Positions 1 to 7,807 of a stretch of 42,258 bases of DNA are shown one piece after another (position 1 is the first letter of the stretch; each line of letters begins with the position of its first letter). A model generated the notes under the pieces. The model searched no databases. It had not been told where the DNA came from and saw only the letters and a list, made by a program, of their open reading frames with translations. A program made the position numbers and the translations under genes. Source of the stretch: a virus (Duplodnaviria; Caudoviricetes); IMG/VR virus record IMGVR_UViG_3300048891_000046, positions 1-42,258 of that record; one strand, written 5' to 3'.

Positions 1-127
1 CAGGATCGGGACGTTGATGCGACCGGCGCCGAATAGCGGCACCGCGGATCGCGCGCTGGTGACCGGGTTGGCGGTCGGAGCGCCGGCGGCGTTGTATCAT
101 GAGCCCACTGTCGCCGCCGGGACGCTG
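1..127. repeat. Terminal direct repeat (copy 1), circular assembly overlap
   Basis: 1-127 is identical to 42132-42258. 127 nt is a typical assembler k-mer, and an ORF reads through the junction. Confidence 0.95.
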
Positions 128-319
128 GCGGGCCTGACCGCGAACCGGATGATCGGCAACTATCTCCGCAATCCTGAGACGACGGCGCGGCTGGCCGAGG
201 GCGCCCTCAACCCAGGCGCCGGGCCACGCATCAACCGCCTTGGCGCCGGGCTGCTCGACGCGTCGCGGCTCTCGGGCGTGACGGGCGCCGAGAGCGACTA
301 CCAGAGGCAGCGGCGCTAG
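1..319 (+). CDS. C-terminal part of the ejection/DNA-transfer protein that starts at 40795
   Basis: In frame with ATG 40795 across the circular junction; stop TAG at 317-319. Confidence 0.85.
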   Translation, partial: RIGTLMRPAPNSGTADRALVTGLAVGAPAALYHEPTVAAGTLAGLTANRMIGNYLRNPETTARLAEGALNPGAGPRINRLGAGLLDASRLSGVTGAESDYQRQRR

Positions 320-429
320 ATTTCCACGAACCAGATGAGGCAGAGCGGGATGGCGACGCAACCGAACAGTCGCAGCATCTCCAGGATGGCGGCCGTCTGG
401 CCGTTGAGGGCGTCGATCAGAATGTGCAT
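316..429 (-). CDS. Small membrane peptide (37 aa)
   Basis: Hand-translated MHILIDALNGQTAAILEMLRLFGCVAIPLCLIWFVEI; hydrophobic C-terminus; below the ORF-track cutoff. Confidence 0.5.
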   Translation of the reverse strand: MHILIDALNGQTAAILEMLRLFGCVAIPLCLIWFVEI

Positions 430-486
430 ATCAAAATCCCTTGTGCATCCCGAGCAGGCGCGCGAGGCGCAGTCGTTGAGCGTCGG

Positions 487-711
487 TCATCGCAGGTGCG
501 CGAAGTAGGTGGCCCACACCGCGCCGGCGGCGAAGGCGCCAACGACCATTCCGGCGGCGCTGACGATGATCGCCAGGGTTTGCCGGGTCAACGCGCGTTC
601 TCGTGTGGCCTGCTCTTTCTTCCAGGCTTCCATGTCGAAGGCTATCTTGGTCAACTGAGCCTCCGCGAGTTCGATCCGCCGGTCCTGTTCTTCCTGGTCA
701 CGGTTGGGCAC
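487..711 (-). CDS. Small coiled-coil protein with C-terminal TM helix
   Basis: Charged helical N-half followed by LAIIVSAAGMVVGAFAAGAVWATYF. Confidence 0.65.
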   Translation of the reverse strand: MPNRDQEEQDRRIELAEAQLTKIAFDMEAWKKEQATRERALTRQTLAIIVSAAGMVVGAFAAGAVWATYFAHLR

Positions 712-762
712 CTCGCGACCTCATCCCGAGGATGGCGGCGAGGCGGCGGCGGTCGGTGCTGG

Positions 763-960
763 TCATGGCGCGTCTACCAAATCGAGGCGCACCTTGATCC
801 GCTCGACATCGCCGCCCATGCGGTCCAGCCGCCGCGATACCGACGCGTAGCCGGCCTCCAATAGACCGAGGCGCTCCTTGATCTCGACCACGTCGCCGCG
901 GATCGCGGAGATGTCGTCGCGAATGCCGCGCAGCAAAACCAACACCAGATCCTCGCTCAT
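763..960 (-). CDS. Small coiled-coil hypothetical protein (65 aa)
   Basis: MSEDLVLVLLRGIRDDISAIRGDVVEIKERLGLLE heptad pattern; ATGA overlap with the upstream gene. Confidence 0.7.
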   Translation of the reverse strand: MSEDLVLVLLRGIRDDISAIRGDVVEIKERLGLLEAGYASVSRRLDRMGGDVERIKVRLDLVDAP

Positions 961-1142
961 CTCACCGTCTCCAGCTTCATGGCCGACGCGATGGCGGCGT
1001 CGATCTGGACGATGACAAAGTGCTGTGCTGGATCGAACTCCGGCAAATTGACAACGTTGGCGGTGATAGCCGCGATGATGATCCGGCGAGCGGCCTTGCA
1101 CGCGGCCAGCAGATCGGCGTTGACGCGGTCGGTGCTGGTCAT
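957..1142 (-). CDS. Hypothetical protein
   Basis: 61 aa ORF with 4-nt overlaps to both neighbours. Confidence 0.6.
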   Translation of the reverse strand: MTSTDRVNADLLAACKAARRIIIAAITANVVNLPEFDPAQHFVIVQIDAAIASAMKLETVR

Positions 1143-1336
1143 GGCTTCCGCCTGTCGTTTTCGAGCTTCGTGATGCGCTGGCTCAACGTGAGGTTCTCGC
1201 TCAACCCGTAAAGCAGGTGTCCGCGCGTGTCGTCCGTATCGGCGCGGATGTGGCTTAGCCGATTAAGCACCCGCTCAAAGCCGTTGTTGATCTCCGTCAT
1301 CATGCGATCGAGATGCGCGCGTGTTTCTTCGTCCAT
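1139..1336 (-). CDS. Small coiled-coil hypothetical protein
   Basis: MDEETRAHLDRMM...RITKLE; GAGGA RBS upstream; coupled to the next gene. Confidence 0.6.
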   Translation of the reverse strand: MDEETRAHLDRMMTEINNGFERVLNRLSHIRADTDDTRGHLLYGLSENLTLSQRITKLENDRRKP

Positions 1337-1394
1337 CACAAAATCCTCATGGTGACGCGGAGAAGCCCGGCCCTCACCCGGCCGGGCCAACCGA

Positions 1395-1532
1395 TCAGTA
1401 GCAAAAAGTGTTGCAGGTCCGGTAACTACCCGAACCGTAGCAGGTGGTGGTGCAACTGCCGGCGTGCGCCTTCGGCGGCATCGCGACGACGATGGACGCC
1501 GCGAACATCGCGGCCAGAACAAAAAACCTCAT
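1395..1532 (-). CDS. Small secreted Cys-rich peptide (45 aa)
   Basis: Signal peptide MRFFVLAAMFAASIVVAMPPKAHA, then GSCTTTCYGSGSYRTCNTFCY (4 Cys); GGAGA RBS. Confidence 0.7.
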   Translation of the reverse strand: MRFFVLAAMFAASIVVAMPPKAHAGSCTTTCYGSGSYRTCNTFCY

Positions 1533-1727
1533 GGTGAAAATCTCCATGCCCCGGCTCATCAGCGCGGCGGTGGGGCGGCCGTTCGCGGACACGGGAGATC
1601 GTGTTTCGCCGTGGGTGACGGCGGCGAACGGGGGAATTATGTAGCGGTAAGCCAATGCCGGGGGTCCTTCTCGGTGTTGGTCAGGGCCGGATCACGGTGT
1701 TAGCTGCACCGCCCGGCCCGCCTTCTG

Positions 1728-1859
1728 TCATTTCTCTCTGTACTGGTCCCGGTCGAGAATGCGCCGCAGCGCCTCGCCGACCGAAATGCCGTAAGCCTCG
1801 GCCATCATCCACAGCCGCTTCATTTGTATTTCGGTGAGGCTGACCGACAGCCGTCGCAT
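1728..1859 (-). CDS. CopG/ribbon-helix-helix DNA-binding protein (43 aa)
   Basis: Hand-translated MRRLSVSLTEIQMKRLWMMAEAYGISVGEALRRILDRDQYREK: alternating beta strand, helix, G-I-S turn, helix. Not in the ORF track. Confidence 0.75.
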   Translation of the reverse strand: MRRLSVSLTEIQMKRLWMMAEAYGISVGEALRRILDRDQYREK

Positions 1860-1869
1860 GGGAGTTTTC

Positions 1870-1918
1870 CATGATGCGTTCATGCATCATAAGTGGTGCA
1901 TAAGGCGTCGCGTGTCAA
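1870..1918 (-). promoter_or_regulatory. Putative promoter/operator of the copG-like gene
   Basis: TTGACA at 1918-1913; direct repeats CATAAG (1888-1893, 1899-1904) and ATGCAT/CATG palindromes. Confidence 0.5.
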
Positions 1919-2394
1919 TCGGTTTGTTCGTTAGGCGCGACCCGATTCCTTCGATCGCGCCATTCCTGAGCAATCTTCCTTTGCCTTTCGGCAAGCACGG
2001 CGCCCAGAGCGAGGCGCGCGTCGTACGAATCGGGGCCGACAGTAAGCAAGAAAGGATTCTTTTGCGAAGCTACCCGGACTCCCTGTCCGGTAGGCGGTTT
2101 CCCTGGGTTTTTCACGATCAGCGTGTAGAGGTTGCTGGTCCGCTCGGTGCCCGCGCCCACCCGTTTTCGCCGCTCCCGCCATGTCAGCAGGCCGAGGGCG
2201 GCGGCGGCGTTCAGGGCGCGCTGAACGGTCCTCACGCAACACCGCGCCTTGGCGGCGAGGCTCTCATGTGAAGGAAAAATAAGCCCCCCCCGACCGCGAA
2301 AATTCGGCAACCGCAACAGCACGTCGCGATACAGCGGCGTGAGGTTATGCTCCCGATAATCGCACCAAACCTGGGTTTCCCACGTATTCGCCAT
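1915..2394 (-). CDS. Helix-turn-helix replication initiator-like protein (plasmid/phage Rep type)
   Basis: IFPSHESLAAKARCCVRTVQRALNAAAALGLLTW...RTSNLYTL winged-HTH motif typical of Rep initiators. Confidence 0.7.
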   Translation of the reverse strand: MANTWETQVWCDYREHNLTPLYRDVLLRLPNFRGRGGLIFPSHESLAAKARCCVRTVQRALNAAAALGLLTWRERRKRVGAGTERTSNLYTLIVKNPGKPPTGQGVRVASQKNPFLLTVGPDSYDARLALGAVLAERQRKIAQEWRDRRNRVAPNEQTD

Positions 2395-2475
2395 CTGTCC
2401 CCCTCGCGGGAGGCGGGCCACCGAGGACGTGATTCACCCACGCAACGCAGGGGTTGCAAAATCCAACCGGCTGTA

Positions 2476-2576
2476 GGATGTTCCGGATTAGCGGTCGGCT
2501 AATCGAGCAGCTTCCAACTGCTCGGAACCATCCAGTTTGCGTTTTGGGGCGGTCCTTGTGGCCGCCTCTCGCATTT
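2476..2576 (+). ncRNA. Candidate antisense (ctRNA-like) RNA / structured rep leader
   Basis: Hairpins 2486-2504 and 2505-2523 are enclosed by stem 2476-2484/2524-2533. A terminator-like hairpin at 2546-2568 has G-U pairs valid on the + strand. TTGCAA -35 at 2454-2459. Confidence 0.5.
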
Positions 2577-2646
2577 CTAGGCCATTCGTCATTTCTCCGT
2601 TATTCCGCCATGACTGATTTCCACTGAGTCGGCAAGCCGTTACCTG

Positions 2647-2937
2647 TCAAAAGCCCAGTTTCCCGCGATCCTCGGCATTCGGGACGCCCGTGGCGACTTC
2701 CTCCGCCCACCGATCACCCTGCGCCTCAAGCGAATCGGCGGCCTCCAGGCGGCTGATCGTGTTGCGGAGGCCGCCAAACAGGTTGCCGTCCGGGCAGGTC
2801 AACGGCACCGGCCCCCAGCCCGCGGCGTATTCGCGCCTGAGATCGGCGGCCAGCTTCCGGCACGCGGCCTCCATCGCCCGCGCGTCGAGCGGGTAGTATC
2901 TCGGCGCCCGGCCGTTACCGCGGTCCGTGCGCGGCAT
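2647..2937 (-). CDS. Hypothetical protein
   Basis: 96 aa ORF in the leftward operon. Confidence 0.5.
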   Translation of the reverse strand: MPRTDRGNGRAPRYYPLDARAMEAACRKLAADLRREYAAGWGPVPLTCPDGNLFGGLRNTISRLEAADSLEAQGDRWAEEVATGVPNAEDRGKLGF

Positions 2938-3090
2938 GCGGCCTCTGACACCGCGCGCACCGCTTTGGAGCCAACGCGAGCGATTTCAACGCGGCCAAAA
3001 AATCCGGCCACGCGCAGAACGTCCAGCAGCAGTATTCAAACGTGATGCGCTCGCCGTCCTCGGTCACGATGGTCGCGGTGGGCCAACTGT

Positions 3091-3291
3091 TCACCCAACC
3101 CGCCTGACGAGGGCGAGGACGGCGCCGTGCCGGGCCAGGGCTGTCTGGCGGGCGTCGTCCACGATCTCATCGGCCGCGCGCTCCAGCCGCCCGACGCGCC
3201 ACGCGACGGCGCGCAGCCGGGTCGCGATCGACGCCGACCAGGGTGAGACCTCGTCCGCGATCCGCTCGATGTCCTCCGCGCTGGTGGTCAT
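3091..3291 (-). CDS. Hypothetical protein
   Basis: MTTSAEDIERIADEV...; ATGA overlap with the upstream gene. Confidence 0.6.
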   Translation of the reverse strand: MTTSAEDIERIADEVSPWSASIATRLRAVAWRVGRLERAADEIVDDARQTALARHGAVLALVRRVG

Positions 3292-3737
3292 GGCCGCCCC
3301 CGCAGGCGCCCAACGGCGGCGACGGCGGCGTAGAGCAGCACGAACGGGATGGCGTGCTCGCGGTCTCGGCACCAGTCCGTCAGCGCCTCGATCGCCGCGA
3401 GGTCGGCCTCGGCCCGGACGTGCGCCGCGCACGGCTCGCAAAAATATTCGCCCTCGATCGCGGCGGTCGCGTGACCAACGCAACCGGGCGTGTCGCACGC
3501 CAGGTGTACGACACCATTCTCGCAGCCCGGCGCATCGCATCTTTCCATGTGTCCGTCTGGATCGTTGCCGCCGCGCCGTGGTTGCCAGACCCACCCGTCC
3601 TCGCACTCGCAGCGTAATTGTATCGGTTCCGTGACAAGACTCCGCTGGACACCGGAAACCGGCGCGGTAATCTGGCTTGTGTCGGAAAAAGTACCGACGA
3701 CCGGGGAGAGAGGGAAACCCTCACAAGTGGTTGACAT
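3288..3737 (-). CDS. Cys-rich putative zinc-binding protein
   Basis: CECEDG, CDAPGCENG, CDTPGC and CEPC motifs; first gene after the PL-like promoter. Confidence 0.6.
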   Translation of the reverse strand: MSTTCEGFPLSPVVGTFSDTSQITAPVSGVQRSLVTEPIQLRCECEDGWVWQPRRGGNDPDGHMERCDAPGCENGVVHLACDTPGCVGHATAAIEGEYFCEPCAAHVRAEADLAAIEALTDWCRDREHAIPFVLLYAAVAAVGRLRGRP

Positions 3738-3768
3738 TGGATAAACTTCCAGCGGGTTGCTGGAGGCG

Positions 3769-3798
3769 ACAATAGGCTATTGCCTATCGTCCGGTCAA
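3769..3798 (-). promoter_or_regulatory. PL-like promoter with repressor operator
   Basis: TTGACC-18-TATTGT on the - strand; the palindrome ATAGG-CTATTG-CCTAT (3772-3787) lies in the spacer and overlaps the -10. Confidence 0.7.
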
Positions 3799-3867
3799 GC
3801 GCCGGATAGGCCGACGATCCGATAAAAAGATGCGATCAGGGAGGCACGCATGGGACAAATCGAACCA

Positions 3868-4383
3868 CTACGCGGCCATAGAGCCCGCGTCTTCGCGGCG
3901 CGAGGCGGCTTTCCCGGCCAACTCCAGCGCCGCCAGAATGGTCTTCAGGACGAACGCCAATTGCTTACCAGAGAGTTGGTCGAGCAGGTGGTTGATCTGT
4001 GTCTTGCTCGCCTGCTCGATCAGATTGTCGCATCGGGGATTGATCCAGCTATCGTCGCCGGCGGGCTTCTCGCGCGGGCGGACGACGGGTGCTGACACCG
4101 GCCGGCGCCTGATGTGGCGGACTGATTTGCGCGGCGGCTTCAGTATCTCGGCGTCCAGATTATAGGTCCGAGCCAACAGATCGCGGTCGGGTTCGGTCAG
4201 GAAACGCGGCTTTCCCCTGCGTATGTACTGCTGGATGAAGGCGTGGTTGTGGCCGATTTTCTTGCTGGCCTCGGCCCAAACGCCGAGCGGCAGCACCGTC
4301 TCCAGATACGCTCTGGCGGCGGCTGACTTCTGGTCCTCGATCATTTTTCGTCTGGCGGTCGGCGTGGGCATCGGCGGCACCAT
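3868..4383 (-). CDS. CI-like phage repressor (HTH, no S24 peptidase domain)
   Basis: AEASKKIGHNHAFIQQYIRRGKPRFLTEPDRDLLA matches the N-terminal HTH of alphaproteobacterial phage repressors; divergent from a cro-like gene. Confidence 0.8.
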   Translation of the reverse strand: MVPPMPTPTARRKMIEDQKSAAARAYLETVLPLGVWAEASKKIGHNHAFIQQYIRRGKPRFLTEPDRDLLARTYNLDAEILKPPRKSVRHIRRRPVSAPVVRPREKPAGDDSWINPRCDNLIEQASKTQINHLLDQLSGKQLAFVLKTILAALELAGKAASRREDAGSMAA

Positions 4384-4393
4384 AAGCGAGTCA

Positions 4394-4472
4394 ATAGGTT
4401 ATTGCCAAGTGGAAACCGTTCGTAGGCACCCCGGTTGTCGCGCTTGACTATGTAGGCACCTTCCTATTGTGT
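4394..4472. promoter_or_regulatory. OR/PR-like region
   Basis: ATAGG-TTATTG-CCAAG (4394-4409) and GTAGG-CACCTT-CCTAT (4452-4467); TTGACT at 4444-4449. Confidence 0.7.
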
Positions 4473-4480
4473 GTCGGGCC

Positions 4481-4687
4481 ATGTGCCCCGACATCGATAG
4501 CGACCTCGATCCCATCCTGGACACTGTCGAGCTGTTCTTGCGCGCCTCGGACATGAGCGCCAGTGCCTTCGGGATCGAGTGCATGGGCGATCCGGGCCTC
4601 GTCTACGAGTTGCGCCGGGGCCGCGAGCCGCGGCGGGCGACGCGGGCCAGGATACGCGCGTTCATCGCCGCCGCGCTGGCCGACTGA
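4481..4687 (+). CDS. Cro-like HTH protein
   Basis: VELFLRASDMSASAFGIECMGDPGLVYELRRGREPRRATRARI, a small alphaproteobacterial HTH family; divergent from the repressor. Confidence 0.8.
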   Translation: MCPDIDSDLDPILDTVELFLRASDMSASAFGIECMGDPGLVYELRRGREPRRATRARIRAFIAAALAD

Positions 4688-4688
4688 G

Positions 4689-4868
4689 ATGACGCAGATC
4701 CGCGACTTCATCCCGATCGGCGAACTGGTGGCCCGCGTCGTCGGGCGCGTGATGCGTAGGCAGCGGGAGATGGCGGACGAGGCGGCGCTCGTGGCGCTGC
4801 ATCCGGTGGCCGATCCGGAAGACGAGGAATTGGCCCGCGCGTTCGCCGAGCCGGAAATCGGCGCGTGA
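4689..4868 (+). CDS. Hypothetical protein
   Basis: MTQIRDFIPIGELVARVV...; coupled to both neighbours. Confidence 0.6.
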   Translation: MTQIRDFIPIGELVARVVGRVMRRQREMADEAALVALHPVADPEDEELARAFAEPEIGA

Positions 4869-5608
4869 GCGGGCGGCGGGTTCGCTGGTTCGGCTGCGGC
4901 GCGGCGTCAGCCGTCGCCATCGCGCTCGATCTGCGCGCCCACCCCGGCGGCGTGGTGGCCTACTGCGAGACCGGCGCCGAGCACCCGGACAACGAACGCT
5001 TCCTCGCCGACTGCGAACGCTGGTGGGGCACGTCCGTCCTCCGCCTGCGGTCGGACGAATACGCCGACACCTGGGACGTGTGGGAACGGCGCCGCTTCAT
5101 CGCGGGGCCGGACGGAGCGCCCTGCACCGGCATCCTCAAAGTCTCGCCGCGGCTGATGTTCCAGCGGCCCGACGATGTGCATGTGTTCGGCTACACCTGT
5201 GACGCTAACGATCAGGCGCGGGCGAAGCGGCTGGCGGCGACGTTCTTCGAACTGGAGATCGAGAACCCGCTGATCGTGGCCGGGCTCGATAAGGCGGCGT
5301 GCCTCGCGATGGTCGAGGGCGCGGGGATCGCGCTGCCCGTGATGTATTCGCTGGGCTTTCAGAACAATAATTGCATCCCGTGCGGCAAGGCGACCTCGCC
5401 CGATTACTGGTCGGCGATGCGGCTGCACTTCCCGGCGCGGTTCGATCGCATGGCGGAACTGTCGCGGCGTCTCGGCGCGCGGCTGACGCGCATCGCGGGC
5501 GTCCGGCTGTTCATCGACGAGATCCCGCCCGACTGGCCAACGCTCAACCCCACGGCGCCGGCCTGCGACTTTCTGTGCCAGTTGGCGTCACAGGATCTGG
5601 CCGCGTGA
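4865..5608 (+). CDS. PAPS-reductase-like (HUP/PP-loop) protein
   Basis: WFGCGAASAVA PP-loop-like motif, EHPDNERFL, CTGILK, NNNCIPCGKA Cys cluster. Confidence 0.8.
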   Translation: MSGRRVRWFGCGAASAVAIALDLRAHPGGVVAYCETGAEHPDNERFLADCERWWGTSVLRLRSDEYADTWDVWERRRFIAGPDGAPCTGILKVSPRLMFQRPDDVHVFGYTCDANDQARAKRLAATFFELEIENPLIVAGLDKAACLAMVEGAGIALPVMYSLGFQNNNCIPCGKATSPDYWSAMRLHFPARFDRMAELSRRLGARLTRIAGVRLFIDEIPPDWPTLNPTAPACDFLCQLASQDLAA

Positions 5609-5691
5609 GCCACCTGCCCCTCGCCGCGCGGGCCGTCGCCGCCGCCGTCGTCGGCGTGTGGCTGTGGGCGCTCTGGGCGCTGGTCCAGTGA
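5605..5691 (+). CDS. Tiny hydrophobic peptide (28 aa)
   Basis: GTGA overlaps at both ends; AVAAAVVGVWLWALWALVQ. Confidence 0.5.
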   Translation: MSHLPLAARAVAAAVVGVWLWALWALVQ

Positions 5692-6473
5692 GCGCGCGCA
5701 AGCCACTGGCCATCGACCTGTTCTGCGGGCTTGGCGGCTGGACCGAGGGGCTGCTGGCCGAGGGTTACGACGTGGTGGGCTTCGACATCGAGGCGCACCA
5801 ATACGGCGAGCACCGTTACCCGGCCCAACTGGTCATCCAGGACGTGCTGACGCTGCACGGCTCGCAGTTCAAAGATGCCGCGCTGATCGTCGCCTCGCCG
5901 CCGTGCCAGGCGTACAGCTACCGCGCCATGCCGTGGTCACGCGCCAAGGCGCTGCCGCCGCCCGACAACTCACTGTTCGACGCCTGTTTCCGCATTCAGC
6001 GCGAGGCGATCGAGGCGGCCGGGCATCACATACCGCTCGTGGTCGAGAACGTGCGCGGCGCGCAGAAATGGGTCGGGCGGGCACGGTGGAATCACGGTAG
6101 CTTTTACTTATGGGGCGATGTTCCCGCGTTGATGCCATCGACGGCGGCAATAAAGAAGTCAGGCCACAACTGGTCGCGCTTCGCCGCGACAGGCGAGAAG
6201 TCGCCGCAATGGAATGAGGGTTCTGGCATCAAGCAAGGCGGCAGCGGCGCCGCATGGTTCGATGACGCGCTGAACGAGCGCCGCAAGGCCGCGACAGCGG
6301 AGGGCCGCAAGGTCGGCAAGGATTGGTTTGGCGGCTATGGCGGCGGGTTCGGTTGGGACTGCTCGCCCATGCGCCGGAACAATTCCCGCAGCCCGGCCCG
6401 CAAGGCCGCGTCCGCGATGATCGCGAAGATCCCGCTCCCGCTCTCGCGGCACATCGCGGCGGTGTTCAGATGA
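5688..6473 (+). CDS. C5 cytosine DNA methyltransferase
   Basis: Motif I DLFCGLGG, motif IV SPPCQ, motif VI ENV. Confidence 0.88.
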   Translation: MSARKPLAIDLFCGLGGWTEGLLAEGYDVVGFDIEAHQYGEHRYPAQLVIQDVLTLHGSQFKDAALIVASPPCQAYSYRAMPWSRAKALPPPDNSLFDACFRIQREAIEAAGHHIPLVVENVRGAQKWVGRARWNHGSFYLWGDVPALMPSTAAIKKSGHNWSRFAATGEKSPQWNEGSGIKQGGSGAAWFDDALNERRKAATAEGRKVGKDWFGGYGGGFGWDCSPMRRNNSRSPARKAASAMIAKIPLPLSRHIAAVFR

Positions 6474-6618
6474 GACGAGCAACGGAATTGGCGCCCACGA
6501 TCCCCCGGCGCCGATCGCGGGGCGGCGCGATGCCCGCCGACGTAAGCTGTTCCACCGACGAACAAACTCCCCGGCGCCATGTGACGCAGGAGACCCCAGA
6601 TGGCGCCGGGGTCTTTTC

Positions 6619-6702
6619 GTGAGCGCGGCTGACCTGTGGCTTGTCTGGCCCGCGCTGGCGGCCCTGGCCTGGGTGGTGGCGTGGTGGATCGACCGGTGGT
6701 GA
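6619..6702 (+). CDS. Tiny Trp-rich hydrophobic peptide (27 aa)
   Basis: Hand-translated MSAADLWLVWPALAALAWVVAWWIDRW; stop overlaps the next ATG. Confidence 0.45.
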   Translation: MSAADLWLVWPALAALAWVVAWWIDRW

Positions 6703-7313
6703 TGTACGCCAGCCGCACCGGGACGCGACGCAATCTCGACGCGCTCCGCGCCGCCGGTTGGGGCCTGCTCGTCAGCCGCGCCGGCGCCTGGCGCACCGAG
6801 GGGTTCGACCGTTACGTCCTCGACAACGGCGCGTGGAGCGACTTCCAGGCCGGTCGCGCCTTCGACGCCGATGCGTTCGAACGGTTGATCGAGCGGCTTG
6901 GCGCGCGAGCTGACTGGATCGTGCTGCCCGACATCGTCGCCGGCGGCCTCGCTTCCCTGGAGTTGTCGCTGCGATGGACCAATCGCTGCCTGTCGATTTG
7001 TCCCCGTGCGCTGATCGCGGTGCAGGACGGCATGACCGAGAGCGACATCGACCCCTACGTGGGACCGGCAACTGGTGTGTTCCTTGGCGGGTCCACCGCA
7101 TGGAAGATCACGAACATGGAACGGTGGGGGGCGTTCTGTCACCGGCGCGGGATTTACTACCATGTCGCCCGCGTCAACACCGCGAAACGCATGGCCCTGG
7201 CGATAGCGTCAGGCGCTGACAGCGTCGATGGCACGTCCGCATCGCGCTACGCCGTCACCCTGCCACTGCTCGATCGCGCGTCCCGGCAACCCGATTTGTG
7301 GGCGCCGTCATGA
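6702..7313 (+). CDS. TGT/DpdA-like base-exchange TIM-barrel protein
   Basis: VLDNGAW, VLPDIV, AVQDG, FLGGSTAWK, HVARVN and ADSVDGT motifs of the tRNA-guanine transglycosylase-like family. Confidence 0.65.
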   Translation: MYASRTGTRRNLDALRAAGWGLLVSRAGAWRTEGFDRYVLDNGAWSDFQAGRAFDADAFERLIERLGARADWIVLPDIVAGGLASLELSLRWTNRCLSICPRALIAVQDGMTESDIDPYVGPATGVFLGGSTAWKITNMERWGAFCHRRGIYYHVARVNTAKRMALAIASGADSVDGTSASRYAVTLPLLDRASRQPDLWAPS

Positions 7314-7807
7314 GTGGCGGCACGGCGCACTGGTCAGCCGCCACGCCCGACAGGGTGGTGACGATGCCGCGGCCGCCCAGCACCAACCGGCTGTGGATAC
7401 GCGCGCCCGGCAAGCCACGCGTACGTTCACCGGAATATCGCGCCTGGATCTTCTCGGCGGGCTGGGATGTGCGGCGCCAGCTTATCGGCATCCCGCCCAT
7501 CGACTGCCGCTTCAACGTCGTCATCGAGGTGCCGATCAGCAGGCGAGACAGCGGGAATTTCGAGAAGGCGACAATGGATTTGTGCGAAATTGTCGGACTC
7601 GTAACGAATGACGGCAACGCACACGAAATCAACATCCGTCCCACCGCGCGCGAGGACGTGATGGTGGCGATCTGGTGCCTGCCGGAGATGGGCGCGGTGC
7701 GCCGGGCGGCGAAGCCACGGGGTGCCAAGGGGGCGGACGGGCGGCGGGACATCTCGCGGCGGGCGGTCAAGATGCGGCCGGGCATGACGTGGAAGCTGCC
7801 AGCGTGA
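7310..7807 (+). CDS. rusA: RusA-like Holliday junction resolvase
   Basis: PPSTNRLW...SPEYRAW...RRDSGNFEKATMDL...VTNDG. Confidence 0.7.
   Translation: MSGGTAHWSAATPDRVVTMPRPPSTNRLWIRAPGKPRVRSPEYRAWIFSAGWDVRRQLIGIPPIDCRFNVVIEVPISRRDSGNFEKATMDLCEIVGLVTNDGNAHEINIRPTAREDVMVAIWCLPEMGAVRRAAKPRGAKGADGRRDISRRAVKMRPGMTWKLPA

Noticed and set aside
2476-2533. tRNA gene
   Set aside because: Only two arms, with no T-loop GTTCRA, D-loop or CCA signature.
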